In this document: positions 9,411 through 17,230 of the stretch, in pieces
Numbering within the stretch: position 1 is the first letter of the stretch
Layout: every line of letters starts with the position of its first letter
Source: an uncultured delta proteobacterium
GTDB taxonomy: Bacteria; Desulfobacterota; Desulfobaccia; Desulfobaccales; 0-14-0-80-60-11
Length of the DNA: 64,000 nt
Assembly (NCBI GenBank): GCA_963701845.1
Contig: CAVPBF010000006.1
Span: 477,084 to 541,083 of the forward strand
Reading direction: 5' to 3'
Position numbers and translations under genes: made by a program
The notes under the pieces: generated by a model
Databases searched by the model: none
Told to the model about the DNA's origin: nothing
What the model saw: only the letters and a program-made list of their open reading frames with translations

Positions 9411-10388
9411 TCACTTTTCTGCCGCCAGATCCCAGGCGAGGCGGGCGGCGCCCAGGAGGCCGGCGTCGTCGCCCAGTTTAGCCGGGGAGACGCTCACGGC
9501 TTCCGGCGGGAATAGGGTGAGCCGGTGGTGCAGTTCCTCGTGCAGGGCTGGTTCGAAAACCTCCCAAGCCCCGGCGAAACGGCCGCCGATGATCACCCGG
9601 GAGAGGCCCAAGAGGTGGACCACCGTGGCGATGGCCAGCCCGAGGCTGCGACCCACCCGGTCGAAGGCCCGCCGGGCCAGGGGATCGCGGTTGAGGGCGG
9701 CCGCCACCAGGGCTTCCCCCCGGATGGCGTCCGGATCGGTGGCATACAGGTCCTGGAGCCAGGAGGGGGCTCCTTGGGCCAATTGCTCCTTGACCCAGTC
9801 CACGGTCCAGGGGGCCGAAGCCAGGGTCTCCAGGCAGCCCCGGTTGCCGCAGTGGCACTTCCGGCCATCCGGCTCCACGGTAATATGGCCGATCTCACCG
9901 GTGGTGCCCTGGGTGCCCTGCCAGAGGCGGCCGTTCAAGATGAGGCCGCCGCCCACCCCGGTTCCCAGGGTAATGCCCAGCAGGTTCTGGTGCCCGGCGC
10001 CGGCCCCCAGCCAATGCTCACCCAGGGCAAACAGGTTGGCGTCGTTTTCCAGGAACACCGGCCAGGGAAGCTTAGGCTGCAGATATTCCACCAGGGGGCA
10101 GTCGTTCAGGGCGGGAATGTTGGGGGAAAAGGCCACCCGGCCTGCCTGGGAGAGAATCCGGCCGGGGATGCCGAAGCCCACGGCTTTGATTTCGACGTGG
10201 CGGGAGCGGGCGTCGTCGCCGATAACCCCCAAGTCCTTGGCCAGGGTGGAAACTATGGCATTCTGATGGGGCATGGTGGCGGTGGCCCGTTCCCAGCGGG
10301 CCAGGATCTCTCCGCCGGGGGAGACCAGGGCCAGGCGGACGTTGGTACCGCCCAAATCAATGCCCACAACCGCCGCATCTTTTGCCAT
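9411..10388 (-). CDS. ROK family sugar kinase (glucokinase-like)
   Basis: MAKDAAVVGIDLGGTNVR N-terminus and ROK Cys motif HITVEPDGRKCHCGNRGCLE. ATGA overlap with the tsaC stop at 10388. Confidence 0.8.
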   Translation of the reverse strand: MAKDAAVVGIDLGGTNVRLALVSPGGEILARWERATATMPHQNAIVSTLAKDLGVIGDDARSRHVEIKAVGFGIPGRILSQAGRVAFSPNIPALNDCPLVEYLQPKLPWPVFLENDANLFALGEHWLGAGAGHQNLLGITLGTGVGGGLILNGRLWQGTQGTTGEIGHITVEPDGRKCHCGNRGCLETLASAPWTVDWVKEQLAQGAPSWLQDLYATDPDAIRGEALVAAALNRDPLARRAFDRVGRSLGLAIATVVHLLGLSRVIIGGRFAGAWEVFEPALHEELHHRLTLFPPEAVSVSPAKLGDDAGLLGAARLAWDLAAEK

Positions 10389-11029
10389 CAGGGCCTCATC
10401 TCCGGAAAAAGTTCCTGGATAGCCGAGGTTGCTAGAGCCCCGGCCCGCACCAGGCGAGGGGGACTCACGGTGACATCCACGATGGTGGAGGGCAGGCCGC
10501 CGGGGCAAGGGCCCGCGTCCAGGATCAGATCCACCTCATTGCCCAATTCCCGGGCCACCGCCGCGGCCGTCGCCAGCGGCTCCCGCCCGGAACGATTGGC
10601 GCTGGTGCCGGTCAAGGGCAACCCCAGGGCCGCCAGCAAGCGGCAGACCGGGCCCTGGCGGGGCTGGCGAAGCCCGACGGTGCCGGTGCCGCCGGTGAGT
10701 AAAGGCGGCAAATCCAATCTGGCCGGCAAAATCAGGGTTAAGGGACCGGGCCAAAAGGCCGCCATCAGCGGTAAGGCCGCGGCCGGCACCTCCCGAATCA
10801 CCTGGAAAAGCATCTCCGGGCCGGCGATGAGCACCAGGACCGGCTTGGCCGCCGGCCGCGCCTTCAAGGCGAAAAGCCGGGCCAGGGAGGCCGGGTCAAA
10901 GGGATTGACCGCCAGGGCGTAAAAGGTCTCGGTGGGCAGCGCCAGAACGCCCCCGGACCGGAGGACCTTCCGGGCCTCGGCGAAGAAAGCTTCGGCCTGG
11001 TCCTCCTGCCAAACCCAGATGCGCGCCAT
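10388..11029 (-). CDS. tsaC: L-threonylcarbamoyladenylate synthase (YrdC/TsaC family)
   Basis: 213 aa with LALPTETFYALAVNPFD, KPVLVLIA and TSANRSG motifs typical of the YrdC/Sua5 domain. Confidence 0.8.
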   Translation of the reverse strand: MARIWVWQEDQAEAFFAEARKVLRSGGVLALPTETFYALAVNPFDPASLARLFALKARPAAKPVLVLIAGPEMLFQVIREVPAAALPLMAAFWPGPLTLILPARLDLPPLLTGGTGTVGLRQPRQGPVCRLLAALGLPLTGTSANRSGREPLATAAAVARELGNEVDLILDAGPCPGGLPSTIVDVTVSPPRLVRAGALATSAIQELFPEMRP

Positions 11030-11177
11030 GCCTCATAATAACTACCGTGGTCCCGTCTGGCAAGGGATTAGCGGATAGCTGTCGGCCTGCCGCGGTCGGC
11101 AAAAGAAATTCAGCCTCCTGCAGAAATAAGATGATCATGGAGCGCCGCCGAGGACGGCGGTTTCCCATTTGACCTGT

Positions 11178-11651
11178 CTACTTTCTCACCTTCCCAGTCA
11201 GGTGATCAAGATCTATTCTAATGACCAGGGTCTTATCCAGGGATTCAGCCGCTTTAACCTTGCCCTTTTCGATGTGGGCCCGGTCGGTATAATACTTTTC
11301 CACCAGGGCGATCAGCGCGGCCAATTTTTCCCGGTCATCCTGGACCTCGACCGCCTGCCCGAAGGCCATGGCGCTCCGGTATTGCATGCTGTATTTATGG
11401 GGCAGGGGCTCGGCCTCGAGGACCACACAGAAGCTCACCTGATTATTCCGACGCAACAGGGTTAACTTCTTGCCTTCCGGGGCGCAATGCAGATAAAGCT
11501 TTTTATCCTGATAAACATAACTAAACGGCACGCCATAAGCATAATCGTCGGGGGCGTTGATGGCCAGGACGCCGTACAGTCCCTGGACCAGGATGGCCTC
11601 GGCTTCGGCACGACTCACCTGCCGCTGGTGCAATCTCATTTCCTGGAACAC
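11178..11651 (-). CDS. pyridoxamine 5'-phosphate oxidase-like FMN-binding protein (NimA-like)
   Basis: 157 aa with a split-barrel-family pattern (GVLAINAPDDYAYGVPFSYVY, LYLHCAPEGKK). Confidence 0.65.
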   Translation of the reverse strand: MFQEMRLHQRQVSRAEAEAILVQGLYGVLAINAPDDYAYGVPFSYVYQDKKLYLHCAPEGKKLTLLRRNNQVSFCVVLEAEPLPHKYSMQYRSAMAFGQAVEVQDDREKLAALIALVEKYYTDRAHIEKGKVKAAESLDKTLVIRIDLDHLTGKVRK

Positions 11652-11652
11652 T

Positions 11653-12408
11653 TTATTTTTCCTTTCCTTGTATCAGCCTTTGCCGGCGCACCTCGAACAG
11701 GGCCACCGCGCCGGCGGTGGCGGCGTTGAGCGAGCCGATCTCCGGGGCGGCCTGGGGGATGGCCAGGACCAGGTCGCATTGGCTTCGCACCCGGAGGCGC
11801 AGGCCCTTCTCTTCGCCGCCGATGACCAGAACCAAAGGCCCGGTGAGGTCGGCCCGGTAGAGGCTTTGTGGGGCGCCGGCGTCGGTCCCGATGACGAACA
11901 GGCCGGCCTCCTTGAGTTGCATCAGGCACTGCGCCAGGTTGGTGACCCGATAAACCGGCAGGTATTCCAGGGCCCCGGCCGCGGCCTTGGCCACCGCCGG
12001 GGTGACGCCCGCGGCCCGGTCCTTGGGGATGATGACCCCGTGGGCCCCGGCGCTCAGGGCGCTGCGGCAGAGGTTGCCCAGGTTCATGGGGTCGGTGAGG
12101 CTGTCGGCGGCCACCAGGAGGGCGGGCTCCGTCAGCTCCGGCAGGCGGTCCAGCAGATCCGACTCGGAGCGGTAGACATAGGCGCCGCGCCGGGCCATGA
12201 CCCCCTGGTGGTGCGGGGTGCCGCAGAGGCGGTCCAGGGCGGCCCGCTCCTGGACCCGGAAGCGCACCTTGGCGGCCCGGGCCAGGCGCCGCACCTCATC
12301 GAGCCAGGGGCCTCCGATCCCCTGGGCCACGATGACCTCTTCCAGGGGGCTCTCCTGCTGGCGCAGGGCAGCTAAAACGGGATGGCGGCCGTAGATGATG
12401 TCGGTCAT
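11653..12408 (-). CDS. rlmB: 23S rRNA (guanosine-2'-O)-methyltransferase, SpoU/TrmH family (RlmB-like)
   Basis: 251 aa with an N-terminal substrate-binding domain (IYGRHPVLAAL) and SpoU motifs (LVLVIGGEEKGL, IPQAAPEIGSLNAATA). Confidence 0.8.
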   Translation of the reverse strand: MTDIIYGRHPVLAALRQQESPLEEVIVAQGIGGPWLDEVRRLARAAKVRFRVQERAALDRLCGTPHHQGVMARRGAYVYRSESDLLDRLPELTEPALLVAADSLTDPMNLGNLCRSALSAGAHGVIIPKDRAAGVTPAVAKAAAGALEYLPVYRVTNLAQCLMQLKEAGLFVIGTDAGAPQSLYRADLTGPLVLVIGGEEKGLRLRVRSQCDLVLAIPQAAPEIGSLNAATAGAVALFEVRRQRLIQGKEK

Positions 12409-12802
12409 ATTCGGTAATTTATGCTCTAAAAATGCCCTGCAAAGAAGGTCTTTTTGCGATTAATGGTTAATTAAACCCGTTTAAGTTGATAAACCTGGGA
12501 CAGTTGGCCACACCGGGTGTTCCCCACCCAATTGAATTTTGCGGTAATTGTGCCGCTTTGGTGCCGCTTGAAGCCGGAGGCGGATGACCAGCAAGCCCCT
12601 TTAATTCCAGGAAAATCCAGCTTAGAGCCACAGCCGTTGCGGAACAAAGCCAACCCTGACGCTGGTTTAAGAATAATCGCACACAACTGTTCCACATTAT
12701 CCTTTAGTCACATAAACAAGGAGAAAATTCCAGAAAAGAAAAGATAATTGGCTGCTTTTCTATTCCGAAAAGCTCGATCTCACGCAAAGAAGCAATACGC
12801 CA

Positions 12803-13160
12803 AGCAAGACCACACCAAGGTCAGGTGCGCAGTGCGCACCCTACGTGGCTGTCCTGGACAGGCGAGGGCGCCTGTCCTACATTTTGTCTGCTCTGAAGTA
12901 TCCTTCGCAGGGAGCGTCTTTTGCATTAAAAATGGTGCGTGGAAAGCACCCTGCATAAAGCTTGTTCCAAGGTTCCGCTTGGGGGCGCAAATTTAAGCTA
13001 AGTTCCTGCTTCCCAAGTCCAAAGCAGGAGCTTTGGATAAAGGGACGTTCCCAAGCTGGAGCTTGGGAACGAGAGGAAAAAGCAAGCCCGCACCAAGGTC
13101 AGGTGCGCAGTGCGCACCCTACATGGCTACATGGCGGGCGAGACGCCCGCCCCACCAAGG
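12803..13160. repeat. cluster of GC-rich palindromic REP-like elements with a duplicated ~50 nt unit
   Basis: The unit AGCAAGnCCnCACCAAGGTCAGGTGCGCAGTGCGCACCCTACnTGGCT occurs at 12803-12850 and 13082-13128. Each copy is followed by a GGnnnGGCGAGnCGCCnnnCC hairpin (12856-12877, 13133-13151). A further hairpin GTTCCCAAGCTGGAGCTTGGGAAC lies at 13047-13070. Confidence 0.8.
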
Positions 13161-13274
13161 CTATTTTCCCTTTTCGCTTTTACCTTTTTCCCCTCTTCCC
13201 GCCGCTCCCTGCAGCTATTACTTTTATCCAACAAAGGGTATAATCGAATCTCGGATTTATCAAGCTAAACACTC

Positions 13275-14159
13275 ATGGATGCGGAACTCAACCAATTTTA
13301 TCAGCATCTGACCGTGGAACGGGGGCTGGCGGCGCTGACCGTGGCCGCCTATGCGAGTGATCTCCAGGATTTCTGGCAATTTGCCGAGGAACGGGAGCTG
13401 TCCGCCTGGACTGCGGTGTCCCTGAATGATCTGCAAGACTACCTGGCCAACCTGGAAGGGCGGGGCCTGTCGGCCCGCAGCCGGGCCCGGAAGCTCTCGG
13501 CCCTGCGCCAGTTTTTCCGGTTCCTGCAGCGGGAGGAGAAGCTGAAGGCCAATCCCGTGGAACTCTTGGACTCCCCCCGTTTGCCCCGGCGGTTGCCCAA
13601 GGTGTTGGGGGAGGATGAGGTGGCGGCTTTGTTGAATGGGCCGGACCCCGGCACCCCTCTGGGGCAGCGGGACGCGGCCCTGCTGGAGCTGCTTTATGCC
13701 ACCGGGCTCCGGGTCTCGGAGTTGGTGGGTCTGACCCTGAAGCAACTGGACTTGCGGCGAGGGGTGGTGCGGCCCCTGGGCAAAGGCTCCAAGGAGCGGG
13801 TGGTGCCCATGGTGGCGCAGGCTACGGCGAAGATCGAGCTGTTCCTGGCCCAGGGCCGGGTTCAGCTCCTCAAGGGCCGCCAGAGTCCCTATCTCTTCGT
13901 CAATGTCCGGGGCGGGAAGCTGAGCCGCCAGGGTTTTTGGAAGATCTTGAAGCACTATGCCCTGAAACAGGGAATTGGGAGCCTGAGCCCGCATACTTTG
14001 CGCCACTCCATGGCCACCCATCTGCTCTCCCGGGGGGCCAACCTGCGGGTGATCCAACTGCTGCTGGGCCATGCCGACCTGGCCACCACCCAGATCTACA
14101 CCCATCTGGACGCGGCGCGCTTGAAAAAGGCGCACGAGAAGGCCCATCCGCGCTCATGA
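13275..14159 (+). CDS. xerD: tyrosine recombinase XerD
   Basis: 294 aa. SAM-like N-domain (LTVERGLAALTVAAYASDL) and catalytic C-domain with LRHSMATHLL and LLGHADLATTQIYTHL. Confidence 0.85.
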   Translation: MDAELNQFYQHLTVERGLAALTVAAYASDLQDFWQFAEERELSAWTAVSLNDLQDYLANLEGRGLSARSRARKLSALRQFFRFLQREEKLKANPVELLDSPRLPRRLPKVLGEDEVAALLNGPDPGTPLGQRDAALLELLYATGLRVSELVGLTLKQLDLRRGVVRPLGKGSKERVVPMVAQATAKIELFLAQGRVQLLKGRQSPYLFVNVRGGKLSRQGFWKILKHYALKQGIGSLSPHTLRHSMATHLLSRGANLRVIQLLLGHADLATTQIYTHLDAARLKKAHEKAHPRS

Positions 14160-14185
14160 AACGTAAGATTGATTGCTAAGGAATT

Positions 14186-14235
14186 GGTGGGCAGTGCCCA
14201 CCCTACAATAACGGCACAGGCGAGACGCCTGTGCC
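14186..14235. repeat. REP-like hairpin pair downstream of xerD
   Basis: GGTGGGCAGTGCCCACCCTAC (14186-14206) and GGCACAGGCGAGACGCCTGTGCC (14213-14235). Both belong to the same two hairpin families seen at 12.8, 13.1, 38.3, 48.6 and 55.3 kb. Confidence 0.8.
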
Positions 14236-14432
14236 ACCAAAGCCAAGATTGGTTACCCAATTATTTATATTTTTAAAACGCACATAGTTATTTCTAAAGA
14301 TATAAAGGCACTTAACTTAATTGGAGCGGAAAAAGATTCCTTCCCCCTCACCCTACCCTCTCCCCCATTTTTTGGGAGAGAGGGGATAGAAATAAACCCT
14401 CTGGATGATAAATTGGGCCAGGAAAATAGTTA

Positions 14433-17114
14433 ATGGACCAGCGCAATCCCAATCACCGCCAGAATAATCATAACGAGCCGCCCGCCTCGCCCCGCACCCT
14501 GGAGGTGATCACCACCCACCTGAACGCCGACTTCGACGCCATGGCCTCCATGGTGGCGGCCAAGAAGCTCTATCCGAGGCGCCTCCTGGTCTTTCCGGGC
14601 TCCCAGGAGCGCAACCTGCGGGATTTTTTCATCCGCTCCAGTTTTTATTTCCTGGATTTTGCCCGGAGCCGCAACGTGCCGCCGGAGGAGATCAAGCGCC
14701 TCATCCTGGTGGACACCCGCCAGTCCTCCCGCATCGGCAAATTCGCCGAGGCGGCCGCTGTCCGGCGAAGTGGAAATCCACGTCTACGACCACCACCCGA
14801 TCCCGCCGAAGACGTCCACGGCAGCCTGGAAGTGGTGGAGATGCGGGCTCCACCACCGCCATCCTGACCCGGCATAATCCAGGAGCGGGGCCTCGCCCTG
14901 GCGCCCCAGGAGGCCACCATCATGGCCCTGGGGATTTCGAGGATACCGGCTCTTTCACCTTCGCCTCCACCACGCCCCAGGATTTCGAGGCCGCCGCCTT
15001 TCTGCTGAGCCAGGGGGCCGACCTCAACGTGGTCTCCGAGATCATCACCCGGGAACTCACCGCCGAGCAGGTGGCCCTGCTCGAACGACCTGCTGGAGCA
15101 CTCCACCAGCTTTCACGTGAGCGGCATCGAGGTGGTCCTGGCCCGCACCACAGCCCCGGAGTATGTGCCGGATTTTGCCGTGGTGGCCCATAAGCTCATG
15201 GACATGGAGAACATCCAGGTGCTCTTTGCCCTGGCCCAGATGGAGGACCGGGTCTTCGTGGTGGGCCGCAGCCGGCTGCCGGAGGTGGACGTGGCCGAGA
15301 TTCTGGCCGAACTGGGCGGCGGCGGCCACAGCTACGCCGCCTCCGCCGCCATCAAGGACCAGCCCCTGGCCCAGGTGGAGGAAAAGCTGCGCCAGATTCT
15401 GCAAGACCGGGTCCATCCCGGGCGCCGGGCCCGGGAGATCATGTCCTTCCCGGTGAAATCGGTGACCGCCGGAGGTCACCCTGGAGCGAGGCGGAACTGA
15501 TCCTTAACCGGTACAGCATCAACGCCCTGCCGGTGGTGGCCGACGGCCAGCTCCTGGGGGTGATCACCCGGCAGATGGTGGAAAAGGGAATTTTCCACGG
15601 CCTGAAGAGTCATCCGGTGAAGGACTATATGACCACCGAGGTGGCCACCGTGGACCCGGAGGCCCCGCTGCCGGAGATCCGGGACCGGCTGGTGGTCAAC
15701 AAGCAGCGCATCCTGCCGGTGGTGGAAGAACGGCAAGGTCATCGGCATCATCAGCCGCACCGACCTCCTGCACCTGCTCATCGCCGAGCGACGACGAGGC
15801 CCAGTGGTCCCAGCCCGTGCGCACCAAGAACATCGACTCCCTGATGCGGGAGCGGCTGCCCAAGGACATCCTGGAAATCCTCAAACAGGTGGGGCGGTGG
15901 CCGCGGAGCTGAAGTTCCAGGCCTACGTGGTGGGCGGCTTTGTCCGGGACCTGCTGCTCAGCCATGAGAACCTGGACATCGACATCGTCATCGAAGGGGA
16001 CGCCATCGTGTTCGCCCGGAAGTTTGCCGCCCGCTACGGGGCCCGGTCCCGGGAGTTCCAGAAATTCAAGACCGCGGTGATCATTTTCCCGGACGGCTTC
16101 AAGATCGACGTGGCCACGGCCCGCACCGAGTATTACGAGGCCCCGGGGGCCCTGCCCATCGTGGAATACAGCTCCATCAAGATGGACCTCTACCGCCGGG
16201 ATTTCTACCATCAACACCCTGGCGCTGAAGCTCAATCCCGGGGAGTTCGGCATCCTGCTGGACTTCTTCGGGGCCCAGCGGGACCTGAAGGAAGGGCGCA
16301 TCAGCCTGCTCCACAACCTGAGCTTCGTGGAGGACCCCACCCGGGTCTTCCGGGCCATCCGCTTCGAGCAGCGTTTCAAGTTCCGGATCAGCAAACTCAC
16401 CGCCAACCTCATCAATAACGCGGTCAAGCAACAACTTCTTCGACCGGCTCTCCGGGGCCCGGCTGTTCCAGGAACTCAAACTGATCCTGCAGGAGGAGAA
16501 CCCCATCCCCGCCATCGCCCGCCTGGCGGAGCTGGACCTCCTGAAGGCCGTCCATCCCCGGCTGGCCTATCGACGAGGGCGCCCGCCGCCATGCTGGAAC
16601 GGGTCCAGGCGGTGCTCTCCTGGTACGACCTGCTGTTACCTGGAAGATCACTACCAGCGCTGGTTGGTCTATTTTCTGGGGTTGGTGGAACCGTTCAGTT
16701 CCGGGGAACTGGCGGAGATGCTGCGGGGTTTCAATGTGTCGCCGAAACTGGCCGGGGCCCTGGTCAAGGGCAAAGAGGCGGCGGACCAGGCCCTCCTCAG
16801 CCTCTTCCGCCTGGGGGAGCCCAACCGCAGCCAGATTTACCATCTGCTGGCGCCGCTGGAGACGGAATACCTGCTATACATGATGGCCAAATCCCGCCAG
16901 GAGGCTTCCCGGCGGTTCATCTCCCTCTTTTTCACCCACCTCAAGAAGCTCAAGCCGGAACTCACGGGGGCGGGACCTGGTGGCCCTGGGTTACCAGCCC
17001 GGGCCGCTGATCAAAGAGATGCTGGAGCGGCTGCTGGAGGCGCGGATCAACGAGAAGGTCAAGAGCCGGAAGGAAGAAAAGGACTTCATCCGGCGCGCCT
17101 TCGGCCCGCCTTGA
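14433..17114 (+). pseudogene. DHH/DHHA1-CBS-poly(A) polymerase/tRNA nucleotidyltransferase family protein, frame broken about a dozen times
   Basis: Recognisable peptide runs are spread over all three plus frames: LEVITTHLNADFDAMASM, EVEIHVYDHHP, GGGGHSYAASA, CBS pair, YVVGGFVRDLLL, RRDF-TINTLA, SFVEDPTRVFRAIRFEQRF. The last frame ends at the TGA at 17112-17114. Confidence 0.8.
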
Positions 17115-17230
17115 TGGGCGCTTCAGGTTACCTGGGCTTCAGGGCGAAGGCGCCGGCGGCCTCGACGACCTGGACCGGCCCTTGGTTGGCCACCTGGACC
17201 ATATGGTCGGCCCCAAGGTTAAACGGCCGG

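Noticed and set aside
12409-12760. Structured RNA gene (6S, RNase P, SRP or tmRNA) in the AT-rich part of the rlmB-xerD gap.
   Set aside because: None of the conserved sequence blocks I know for these RNAs is present. Without a covariance-model search there is no support.
12803-13160. Possible CRISPR array, because of the repeated ~50 nt unit.
   Set aside because: There are only two copies, and the units are themselves palindromic. Spacing is irregular, the flanks contain other unrelated hairpins, and no cas genes are present. These are REP/MITE-like elements.
12748-13311. Three overlapping ORFs (12748-12996, 12962-13243, 13033-13311) in the rlmB-xerD gap.
   Set aside because: They simply translate REP-like palindromes (for example HTKVRCAVRTLR from GGTGCGCAGTGCGCACC). 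They have no RBS and no coherent protein features.
13275-14159. Tyrosine recombinase as a marker of an integrated mobile element or prophage.
   Set aside because: The sequence has the XerD housekeeping pattern. No phage, transposase or conjugation genes, att-like direct repeats or tRNA gene flank it.
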